A stretch of 47,167 nt of DNA from contig JBOGHU010000024.1 in NCBI GenBank assembly GCA_050742255.1, positions 1 to 47,167 of the forward strand, in the 5' to 3' direction. How positions within the stretch are numbered: the first letter of the stretch is position 1; each line of letters starts with the position of its first letter. Below the pieces are notes generated by a model. That model was not told the origin of the DNA. It saw nothing but the letters and a program-made list of their open reading frames with translations, and searched no databases. The stretch is from Acidimicrobiales bacterium. GTDB taxonomy: Bacteria; Actinomycetota; Acidimicrobiia; Acidimicrobiales; CADCSY01. A program made the position numbers and the translations under genes. Below, piece after piece: positions 35,236 through 46,693 of this stretch.

Positions 35236-35457
35236 GCGGCCACCGTAGTGGGAGGTAGCGCTACCAGCCCGTCAGGTGTCGCGCTCCGATGATGGCGGCG
35301 CCGGCGGCCAGCATCCCGACGCAGGTCGTCACTGCGGCCTACGGGAGCAACGGGACATCGTCGCTCGCGACGGGTGCCCCCCTCCGACGGCCCCGCTCGA
35401 CCACAGCTCCCCCTACCGCCGGCCAGCGCACACCACGTTGTGCCGGGTCGCGGTCGA

Positions 35458-35838
35458 TCAACCCAGGGGCAGGAGGTCAACGTCGTAGTCCGAGAACCGG
35501 CGATCGACGGTCACAAGCGTGAGACCGCCTGCTTGGGCCTGCGCGATCAGCATCCGGTCGAAGGGGTCGGCGTGGTGCGCAGGGAGGTGCGCGGCGACGA
35601 TGGCGTGGGGGACCGTGATGGCGAGCGTCTCGAAGTCGTTCGCGGCCAATGCGTCGAGGAGGTCGTGGGGCGCTGCCAGCCGCCCGGCGGCCTGCTTGAT
35701 GGCGATCTCCCACGCGGTAGCTGCGGAGACGGCGACCTCGGTGGCCGCGTCGGCGATGGCGGCCGCCGCACGCTCCGGCAGGAGCCGGTCGTCGGCGAGC
35801 CACCAGAGCAAGACATGCGTGTCGAGGAGGATCCTCAT
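35458..35838 (-). CDS. vapC: PIN-domain toxin VapC
   Basis: ORF 35458..35838. MRILLDTHVLLWW, acidic PIN residues (D6, E44 context AWEIAIK, DPFDRMLIAQA). Shares an ATGA overlap with the upstream antitoxin. Confidence 0.85.
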   Translation of the reverse strand: MRILLDTHVLLWWLADDRLLPERAAAAIADAATEVAVSAATAWEIAIKQAAGRLAAPHDLLDALAANDFETLAITVPHAIVAAHLPAHHADPFDRMLIAQAQAGGLTLVTVDRRFSDYDVDLLPLG

Positions 35839-36074
35839 TCCCGCTCGCCGCGAAAGGCGGCCGCCACATCGTCGGGTAGCTCGTCAAAGTCGGGATGCAT
35901 GCAGACACGTCCGGCCCAGTAGCCGGGGCGGCGCGCCGAACGGGCCCGAGGCGGGACAATCCTGGCAACCACGTGCCCCGAGCGGGCGATCTCGACCTCG
36001 TCCGTCTCGCCCGACTCGACAGCCGCCACCAGGCGCGACAGGTTCGTCTTGGCGTCATGCATGTTCACGCGCAC
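35835..36074 (-). CDS. Type II antitoxin (Phd/YefM-like fold)
   Basis: ORF 35835..36074. NMHDAKTNLSRLVAAVESGE..VEIARSGHVVARIVP is typical of the family. The start is GTG 36074 or ATG 36062. Confidence 0.8.
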   Translation of the reverse strand: MRVNMHDAKTNLSRLVAAVESGETDEVEIARSGHVVARIVPPRARSARRPGYWAGRVCMHPDFDELPDDVAAAFRGERE

Positions 36075-36080
36075 AGGACG

Positions 36081-36109
36081 ACTATAGCTAGGTTAGCTAA
36101 GGGACGCAA
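36081..36109 (-). promoter_or_regulatory. Sigma-70-type promoter with embedded palindromic operator for the toxin-antitoxin operon
   Basis: The minus strand reads TTGCGT (36109-36104), a 17-nt spacer, then TATAGT (36086-36081). The spacer contains the self-complementary TTAGCTAA and TAGCTA (cccTTAGCTAAccTAGCTA). Confidence 0.55.
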
Positions 36110-36278
36110 CGGTGTCCCCTAGCGCCGGGTCAGGGGCTGGCGCGGCCCGAGATCGGAGGCTCCTTGCTCCTTCGCTCGGCGAGTGGCCAGGGGCGACCAA
36201 TGCGCCGCCTCGGCCGTCCGCCTCACCGAGAGCCGCTTCGTCAGGTCACGATGGGCTCTGACCAGGACCTTTCCGAAG

Positions 36279-36349
36279 AGCGGGTGAGGGGAATCGAACC
36301 CCCGTTCTCAGCTTGGGAAGCTGATGTTCTGCCTCTGAACTACACCCGC
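36279..36349 (-). tRNA. tRNA-Gly (anticodon CCC)
   Basis: Folded by hand into a cloverleaf. Acceptor GCGGGTG/CACCCGC, D stem GTTC/GAAC, anticodon stem TCAGC/GCTGA with loop TTCCCAA, T arm GGGGG-TTCGATT-CCCCT. CCA is not encoded. Confidence 0.85.
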
Positions 36350-36396
36350 GGCGGCGCTCACTCTAACGCGTGGGGCCTGCCGGTAGCCTCCCGGCG

Positions 36397-36963
36397 GTGA
36401 TCCTCTCCGACCGCACCATCCGCAAGGAGCTGGAGGCCGGGCGAATCGTGATCGACCCTCTCGGGGAGGGGTGCATCCAGCCCTCGTCGGTCGACCTGCA
36501 CGTCGACCGCCTCTTCCGCCTCTTCCGGAACCACACCATGGGCCTGATCGACGTCAAGGAGGAGCTGGAGGAGCTAACCGAGCTGGTCGAGATCGGCACC
36601 CACGACGTGCTCATCCTCCACCCCGGCGAGTTCGTGCTGGGCTCCACCGCCGAGCGGGTGGCCCTCCCCGACGACCTGGTGGCCCGCCTCGAGGGGAAGT
36701 CGAGCCTGGGCCGGCTGGGCCTGCTCATCCACTCCACCGCCGGCTTCGTGGACGCCGGGTGGGACGGCCACCTGACCCTGGAGCTCTCCAACGTGGCCAA
36801 CCTGCCCATCACCCTGTACCCGGGCATGAAGATCGGCCAGATCAGCTTCCTGCAGATGACCACCCCCGCCGACCAGCCCTACGGGTCGGGGCGCCTGGGC
36901 TCGAAGTACCGGGGACAGCGCGGCCCCACGCCGAGCCGGTACTTCGAGAACTTCCGGCGCTGA
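36397..36963 (+). CDS. dcd: dCTP deaminase
   Basis: Lies within ORF 36370..36963 with the GTG at 36397. [60 protein letters not shown]. Confidence 0.9.
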   Translation: MILSDRTIRKELEAGRIVIDPLGEGCIQPSSVDLHVDRLFRLFRNHTMGLIDVKEELEELTELVEIGTHDVLILHPGEFVLGSTAERVALPDDLVARLEGKSSLGRLGLLIHSTAGFVDAGWDGHLTLELSNVANLPITLYPGMKIGQISFLQMTTPADQPYGSGRLGSKYRGQRGPTPSRYFENFRR

Positions 36964-36965
36964 CC

Positions 36966-36990
36966 CGTCGGGCGGGACGGCGCCCCGACG
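36966..36990 (+). terminator. Hairpin after dcd
   Basis: cgtcggg (36966-36972) pairs with cccgacg (36984-36990) around an 11-nt loop, followed by TT. Confidence 0.4.
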
Positions 36991-37041
36991 TTCACGGAGC
37001 GGAAACAGAGCGGCAACACAGCCCTCCTACCGTCCCTGAGG

Positions 37042-37557
37042 ATGGAGGTCGCGGTCCTGCGCTGGCCGTCCCAGCGTCACCGCCGGGGACGCCTGCGCCG
37101 CCAGCGGCACCCCCGCCTCCTCCTGGTCGAGGGGGGATCGCCGCCACCGGAGCCGTCCGACTGCCTGGAGGACTGGATCCGGGTCCCAGCCGACGAGGCC
37201 GACGTGCGGGCCCGGGTGGAGGCCCTGGAGGTCCGGGCCCGCCACCACCGGCCCCCGGCGCCGGTGCTCGACAACGACGGGGTGCTCCGGGTCGGCGAGG
37301 CCTGGGTGGCCCTCCCCCCCGTCGAGGCCAGGCTGGCGGCGGCGCTGGTCGCCCGGATGGGCACGGTCGCTCCCCGGGAGACCCTCGGCCGGGTGGGCTG
37401 GCCCGAGGGGCTGCCGGACCGCAACGCCCTGGACGTGCACGTCATGAGATTGCGCCGGCGGTTGGGCCCCCTCGGGCTGGCGATCCGGACCGTCCGCTCC
37501 CGGGGGTACCTGCTGGAGCGGTCAGATACGTGTCAGCAAGGCGTGCAGCAAGCGTAA
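37042..37557 (+). CDS. OmpR/PhoB-type winged-helix regulator with a truncated, degenerate receiver domain
   Basis: ORF 37042..37557. The C-terminal trans_reg_C-like domain reads LPPVEARLAAALVARMGTVAPRETL....ALDVHVMRLRRRLGPLGLAIRTVRSRGYLLE. The N-terminus retains only the LLLVE...EDWIRVPADEADVRARVEAL part of a receiver. The start is uncertain. Confidence 0.6.
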   Translation: MEVAVLRWPSQRHRRGRLRRQRHPRLLLVEGGSPPPEPSDCLEDWIRVPADEADVRARVEALEVRARHHRPPAPVLDNDGVLRVGEAWVALPPVEARLAAALVARMGTVAPRETLGRVGWPEGLPDRNALDVHVMRLRRRLGPLGLAIRTVRSRGYLLERSDTCQQGVQQA

Positions 37558-37580
37558 CACGGCGACAACGGACCGGAAAC
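37554..37580 (+). promoter_or_regulatory. GlnR-box-like direct repeats upstream of amt
   Basis: GTAAC-acggcg-ACAAC-ggaccg-GAAAC has xxAAC pentamers at 11-nt spacing. This resembles the actinobacterial GlnR pattern gTnAc-n6-GaAAc. It overlaps the stop of the regulator gene and lies 57 nt before the amt start. Confidence 0.4.
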
Positions 37581-37636
37581 CCGCTCCTGCCAAGGTCGGT
37601 CAGGTCCCGTTCACAATCCCCCCCAAAGGAGGGCAC

Positions 37637-39389
<1,753 letters not shown>

Positions 39390-39430
39390 GGGACGGCTGG
39401 GACCGGAGCGGCGGGCCCCCAACTACGCTC

Positions 39431-39455
39431 GGTCAGAAAACGTAGCCTTCTGACC
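39431..39455 (+). terminator. Hairpin after glnK
   Basis: ggtcagaa (39431-39438) pairs with ttctgacc (39448-39455) around a 9-nt loop, in a locally AT-richer stretch. Confidence 0.4.
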
Positions 39456-39520
39456 GCCGCCGGGGCCGGGTGCTCGACCACCCCGGCCGGCCGCCGTGAT
39501 CCTCAGCAAGGAGCGCCTGC

Positions 39521-42010
<2,490 letters not shown>

Positions 42011-42014
42011 CCAG

Positions 42015-43382
42015 ATGAGCCGGGAGGTTCCCGTGTCGACCAGGTCCTCGGCGCCCCTCCCCGGCCGTCGCCTGCCCCGTCCGGTCCGCGAGTTCCTCGA
42101 CACCGAGGCGTCGGGGGGGATCGTCCTCCTGGCGGGCGCGGTGGTGGCCCTGCTGTGGGCCAACTCACCCTGGGACAGCTCCTACGACCAGCTCTGGCGC
42201 ACCGAGCTGCTGGTCGAGGTGGGGCGGTTCACCCTGGCCGAGGACCTCCGCAGCTGGGTGAACGACGCCCTGATGGCGGTCTTCTTCTTCACCGTGGGCC
42301 TGGAGATCAAACAGGAGCTGGTCCACGGGGAGCTGCGCCAGTGGCGGACGGCGGCGCTGCCCGCCCTGGCCGCCATGGGCGGCATGGTGGTGCCCGCCCT
42401 GCTCTACGCCGCCCTCAACACCGGAGGGCCGGGCCAGAGGGGGTGGGGCATCCCCATGGTGACCGACATCGCCTTCGCCGTGGGGGTGGTGGCCCTGCTG
42501 GGGAACCGGGTCCCGTCGTCCCTGAAGCTCTTCCTCCTCACCCTGGCCATCGTCGACGACATCGGGGCCATCGCCGTGATCGCCGTCTTCTACTCCGAGG
42601 GCATCGACGTGGCCGCGCTGGGGGCGGCCGTGGCCCTGCTCGTGACCATGGTCGTCCTGCGGCGGAGCGAGATCACCTGGGCCCCCCTCTACGGGATGCT
42701 CGGCATCGCCGTCTGGCTGGCCGCGTTCGTCTCGGGCGTGCACGCCACCATCGCCGGGGTGGCGCTGGCCCTCATCACCCCGGCCCGCTCCATGGGGGCG
42801 GCCACGGTGGCCCGGGAGTGGGCGTCCGACCTCACCCACGACCTCAACCCGGCCGACCTGCGCACCATGACCAGGCTGGCCAGGGCCAGCGTCTCCCCCG
42901 CGGCGAGGCTCCAGCACCGCCTGCACCCGGTGACCAGCTTCGTCATCGTGCCCCTGTTCGCCCTGGCCAACGCCGGGGTGGCCCTCGAGGCCGATGCGCT
43001 GGACGCCCCCGGCGCAGGGGCGGTGGCCGCCGGCGTGGCCCTGGGCCTGGTGGCGGGCAAGGCCATCGGCATCACCGGGTTCTCGTGGGCGGCGGTGCGC
43101 CTGGGCCTCGGGAGCCTTCCCGCCGAGTCCCGGTGGGTCCAGGTGGCGGGGGTCGCCACGGTGGCGGGCATCGGCTTCACCGTGTCGCTGTTCATCGCCG
43201 GCCTGGCCTTCGCCGACGCCGACCTCCAGGAGGCGGCCAAGATCGGCATCCTCGGCGCGTCGATCCTCGCCGCCGGGTTGGGGACGGTGCTGGTGCGAGC
43301 GACGAGCCGGCACGGGACGGGGTTGGCGTCCGAAGGTGCCCCGGCGGGCGCCGCCCGGTCGAGCGAGGTCGGGAGCGGCTAG
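42015..43382 (+). CDS. nhaA: Na+/H+ antiporter NhaA
   Basis: ORF 42015..43382. FFFTVGLEIKQELVHGEL, LAIVDDIGAIAVIAVFY, and PLFALANAGV. The start lies 4 nt after the hppA stop. Confidence 0.85.
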   Translation: MSREVPVSTRSSAPLPGRRLPRPVREFLDTEASGGIVLLAGAVVALLWANSPWDSSYDQLWRTELLVEVGRFTLAEDLRSWVNDALMAVFFFTVGLEIKQELVHGELRQWRTAALPALAAMGGMVVPALLYAALNTGGPGQRGWGIPMVTDIAFAVGVVALLGNRVPSSLKLFLLTLAIVDDIGAIAVIAVFYSEGIDVAALGAAVALLVTMVVLRRSEITWAPLYGMLGIAVWLAAFVSGVHATIAGVALALITPARSMGAATVAREWASDLTHDLNPADLRTMTRLARASVSPAARLQHRLHPVTSFVIVPLFALANAGVALEADALDAPGAGAVAAGVALGLVAGKAIGITGFSWAAVRLGLGSLPAESRWVQVAGVATVAGIGFTVSLFIAGLAFADADLQEAAKIGILGASILAAGLGTVLVRATSRHGTGLASEGAPAGAARSSEVGSG

Positions 43383-43440
43383 GGGCCCAGGCGGCGGCTC
43401 TCTGGTCATGGGGCGGCGGTGGGCGACGTCTGGCGACCGG

Positions 43441-43526
43441 AGAAGGGGGGCCCGGGGCAGGCTCGGGGGCCCCGGGGCAGCCCGAGGGGGCGGGCCGGGG
43501 GCCAGCGGCGAAAGGGGGGACCGGGG
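43441..43526 (+). repeat. Dense G-tract array abutting the IS21 left end
   Basis: Nine runs of 3-6 G within 86 nt (43445-50, 43454-57, 43465-69, 43474-77, 43486-90, 43492-94, 43497-501, 43514-19, 43523-26). It includes a 20-nt-period repeat of cccggggcag (43451-60 and 43471-80). Confidence 0.7.
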
Positions 43527-43575
43527 TGTTAAGGGCGCAACGATTCTCGCGATCTGCGATCAACGAAATTCGCGG
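43527..43575. repeat. IS21 left terminal repeat region (multiple transposase-binding-type repeats)
   Basis: tgttaagggcgcAACGATTCTCGCGATCtGCGATCAACGAAATTCGCGG. The motif is the reverse complement of the right-end repeats. Confidence 0.75.
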
Positions 43576-43683
43576 TTGAGGGGGCTCTGCCGCTCCTCCT
43601 GAAAGACCATCCACCGGCCGGTGACACGGTCCCTCCAGCCTCTCGGGCGACCAAGCAGCAAGAGCACTGGAGGAGCCGTCGGC

Positions 43684-45021
43684 ATGATGACCCAGGAGGA
43701 GTACGTGAACGGAGTGCTGGCGTTGAAGCGCCAAGGCAAGACCATCGCCGAGATCGCCACTGAGCTCGGCTATCACCCAGCGACCATCTCGAGTTGGCTC
43801 AAGAACGGCGGGCCTCCACCGGCGCGCACCATCGAGGCTTCCGTGGCGGTCATTGATGAGCGTTGGGCCGCCCGCGTCCGCGAGCTCATTCAGCCCCCCG
43901 CCGAGAAGCTGCTGGCCACCAGCGTGTTCCACATCATCGCGGCGGAGGGCTTCGAGGGCAGCTATGCCACCGTGGTCCGCCACCTGCGCGAGTTGCGTGG
44001 TCCCCGGTTCCGAGGGGGCCCGGCGGTGAGCATGCCCATCGAGACGGCGCCGGGCGAGGAGTGTCAGTTCGACTGGTCGGACTGCTCGGACTGGACCGAG
44101 CGCTGGGGGCTGGGCGAGGTGTGGTGTCTGGGTTGCATCCTGTGCTGGAGCCGCTGGCGACGGTGGTGGTTCAGCGCCTCGATCGACCGCGAGCACACCT
44201 TCGAGGGCCTCGTCGCGTTCTTCGAGGCCGCCGGCGGTGTGCCCCGAGTCGCTCGCACCGACCGCATGGGCGCCCTCGGTCAATCACAGGGCCGCCGCTT
44301 CCGCCTCCATCCCCCTGCCATCGACTTCGCCCGCCACCACAGCGTCGAGTTCGCCATGTGCCAGAGCGGCGATGCCGCTCGCAAGGGGAAGGTCGAGCGT
44401 CCGTTTCGGGACCTCAAGGAGACCTACCTCACCGAGTGCGACGCCCTGGGAGCACCTCGCAGCATCGCTGAGCTCAACGCCCGGGCCGAGGTCTTCCTCG
44501 CCGAGCGCGTCCATGCCCGCCCGCACACCAGCACCGGGGTGCCGCCGGCTGAGCGCCTCCAGATCGAGCGGCGCCTTCTCGGCGCTCTGCCCCGGCGTCG
44601 CTTCGACACCGCCTATGTCGAGACCCGTCGCGTCCATCCCCGCTTCGCCTTGGTGGAGTGGGGCGGCGTTCCCTACTCGGTGCCCCCCGAGGTGGTGGGC
44701 TCGGTGGTGACCTGTCGGGTCGAAGTCGACTCCGACGAGTTGCAGATCTGCTGGGGGGCCCGCCTCGTCGCCCGCCATCGCCTCTCCCCGGACGCAACCG
44801 AGCCGGTGTGGGATCCCGTCCATCGCGGCGCGGCGGAGGCCATCGCCATGGGGCGGTCCCGACCCCAGCTGGTGGTCGTCCCGCCGTGCGCCGACGATGT
44901 GGACGACGACGACCACGAGGGATCGGGACGCCTCGATCTGGGCGAGGGTGACTACGACGTCGACGAGCCCAACCTCGAGGCCCGCTACGGCGGCTGTGGC
45001 TGCACGGGGGCGGGGGCATGA
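43684..45021 (+). CDS. istA: IS21-family transposase IstA
   Basis: Lies within ORF 43621..45021. The ATG at 43684 follows GGAGGAG. N-terminal HTH (GKTIAEIATELGYHPATISSWLK), followed by the DDE region (ECQFDWSD ... ARTDRMGAL ... KGKVERPFRDLKE). Confidence 0.9.
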   Translation: MMTQEEYVNGVLALKRQGKTIAEIATELGYHPATISSWLKNGGPPPARTIEASVAVIDERWAARVRELIQPPAEKLLATSVFHIIAAEGFEGSYATVVRHLRELRGPRFRGGPAVSMPIETAPGEECQFDWSDCSDWTERWGLGEVWCLGCILCWSRWRRWWFSASIDREHTFEGLVAFFEAAGGVPRVARTDRMGALGQSQGRRFRLHPPAIDFARHHSVEFAMCQSGDAARKGKVERPFRDLKETYLTECDALGAPRSIAELNARAEVFLAERVHARPHTSTGVPPAERLQIERRLLGALPRRRFDTAYVETRRVHPRFALVEWGGVPYSVPPEVVGSVVTCRVEVDSDELQICWGARLVARHRLSPDATEPVWDPVHRGAAEAIAMGRSRPQLVVVPPCADDVDDDDHEGSGRLDLGEGDYDVDEPNLEARYGGCGCTGAGA

Positions 45022-45824
45022 GCGGGCCCCCGCCCTACGAGTCGCTCAAGGACGACCTGGGTTATCTCCAGCTCGGCCGGGCGGCGGAGATCTTCGCCTC
45101 CCTGGCCGATCAGGCCAAGGCCGAGGGCTGGAGCCATGTCGAGTACCTGGCCCGGGTCATGGCCGAGCAGGCCGCGGCCACCACCAACCGGCGCCTGGCC
45201 GCCCGCATGCGCTATGCCCGCTTTCCCTACCGGCGCACCGTGGAGGACTTCGACTTCGAGTTCCAGCCCTCCATCGACGCCAAGCTCGTCGAGGACTTGT
45301 CCAGCCTGCGCTTCATCGCCGAGGGCCGGTCCATCTTGTTCTTGGGCCAACCCGGCTGTGGCAAGACGCATCTGGCGGTGGCGCTAGCCATCCGAGCAGT
45401 GGAGGCCGGCTACCGGGGCTACTTCACCACCGCCGATGACCTGGTGGTCACCCTGGGCCGGGCCCGGGTGGAGGGCACCTGGGCCGCCAAGCTGCGCACC
45501 TACACCGCCCCCACCATCTTGGTCATCGACGACGTGGGGCTCCTGCCCATGGCACGCGACGGCGCCAGCGCCCTGTTCCACGTCATCAGCCACCGCTACG
45601 AGAAGCACGCCCCCACGCTTGTCACGACCAACAGGGGCCTGCCCGGCTGGGGTTCGGTCTTCGGGGACGATGTCGTGGCCTCGGCCGTCTTGGACCGTTT
45701 GTTGCACCGGGCCGTGGTGTTCAACATCCGCGGCCCGTCCTGGCGCACGCGGGAGCACCCGCTGCTCAGCGACGGCCCTGACGACGACGGGAGCGGCGTC
45801 AACGGCAAGCGACGGGGACGGTGA
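45018..45824 (+). CDS. istB: IS21-family helper ATPase IstB
   Basis: ORF 45018..45824. Shares an ATGA overlap with istA. FDFEFQPSID, Walker A GQPGCGKTHLA, Walker B LVIDDVGLLP. Confidence 0.9.
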   Translation: MSGPPPYESLKDDLGYLQLGRAAEIFASLADQAKAEGWSHVEYLARVMAEQAAATTNRRLAARMRYARFPYRRTVEDFDFEFQPSIDAKLVEDLSSLRFIAEGRSILFLGQPGCGKTHLAVALAIRAVEAGYRGYFTTADDLVVTLGRARVEGTWAAKLRTYTAPTILVIDDVGLLPMARDGASALFHVISHRYEKHAPTLVTTNRGLPGWGSVFGDDVVASAVLDRLLHRAVVFNIRGPSWRTREHPLLSDGPDDDGSGVNGKRRGR

Positions 45825-46147
45825 GGGCGATGGGCGACCACGACGCCACCTCCCCCGAAGAACCCCAGGCTGCCGCCGGGGCCCCCTACGACGGCGATGA
45901 GTGGGCCGAACCCGACGATCGCTGCTCCTGCGGCCGGCCCGCCCTGATCGTCTACCTCACCGAGCAGTGGGGCCGGGTCGGGTTCTGCGGCATCCCGAAC
46001 GCCCAGCCCCCCTCAGGCGACTGGGGCGACGCATTGATCGAGACAGGAGACGACGTGCGAAGGCAGGCGCGACGAGGCGGTGGTCGACGACGAGGCGGTG
46101 GTGGTCGACGACGTGGCGGTGGTCGACGACGTGGCGGTGGCCGGTGA
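45821..46147 (+). CDS. IS-borne passenger ORF with a Cys-rich core and an Arg/Gly-repeat tail (hypothetical)
   Basis: ORF 45821..46147. Shares a GTGA overlap with the istB stop (an alternative ATG is at 45830). CSCGRPALIVYLTEQWGRVGFCGIP, then RRGGGRRRGGGGRRRGGGRRRGGGR encoded by the tandem repeat. Confidence 0.45.
   Translation: MRAMGDHDATSPEEPQAAAGAPYDGDEWAEPDDRCSCGRPALIVYLTEQWGRVGFCGIPNAQPPSGDWGDALIETGDDVRRQARRGGGRRRGGGGRRRGGGRRRGGGR
46071..46142. repeat. In-frame 15-21 bp tandem repeat (four copies) encoding an RGG tail
   Basis: gacgaggcggtggtc / gacgacgaggcggtggtggtc / gacgacgtggcggtggtc / gacgacgtggcggtggcc. All unit lengths are multiples of three. Confidence 0.8.
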
Positions 46148-46632
46148 TGGCCGACGCCAACGATGGCGGCGAGTCGGGGAGCCCGGCGCTGAACGCGCCG
46201 CTCTCGGCGCGTCAACAGATGTTGGCAACCACGGTGCGCTGCCACGCGGAGGGCACCACCAACGTCAAGCGTCCTCATTGCCAGGCAGTGGCCGTGGTCG
46301 CCTACGGCCCCATTGCCCTGTGTGGCATCTGCGACAAGATGCGCTCCGCAGTGGGCCGCACCCATGGTCCCCGCCGCCTACCCGGAGCCGAGCTCACCAC
46401 GCTCATCGACGCTGCCCGAGCACTGGCTCAAGCCGAGGCCGAAGTGGCCATCGCTGTTGGCCTCGCTCGGGCGGCCGGGGCTTCATGGAGCCAGATCGGC
46501 GACGCCGTCGGCGTCAGTCGCCAAGGGGCGCAGCAGCGGTGGGGCGATGTCGTTGATCGCGCCAGCGGGCTGCCAACTCGCGTTGACGCCGTCACCGACC
46601 CGGTCGGTGAGGAGGTGAGCGCTACGAGCTGA
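46147..46632 (+). CDS. IS-borne passenger ORF with a Cys/His cluster and a C-terminal HTH (hypothetical DNA-binding protein)
   Basis: The ATG at 46147 overlaps the TGA of the previous ORF and lies within ORF 45901..46632. RCHAEG..HCQAVAVVAYGPIALCGICD, then GASWSQIGDAVGVSRQGAQQRWG (HTH-like). Confidence 0.5.
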   Translation: MADANDGGESGSPALNAPLSARQQMLATTVRCHAEGTTNVKRPHCQAVAVVAYGPIALCGICDKMRSAVGRTHGPRRLPGAELTTLIDAARALAQAEAEVAIAVGLARAAGASWSQIGDAVGVSRQGAQQRWGDVVDRASGLPTRVDAVTDPVGEEVSATS

Positions 46633-46693
46633 CTACCATTGCGACATCCCATCCGACGAGGAGTGGCAGGAACCTCCGACCGCGAACCTCTGT

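Noticed and set aside
35254-35265. A perfect 12-bp palindrome, GGTAGCGCTACC, in the spacer between the BBE remnant and vapC.
   Set aside because: It is isolated, has no partner site and is not positioned relative to any promoter or gene start. It is noted only.
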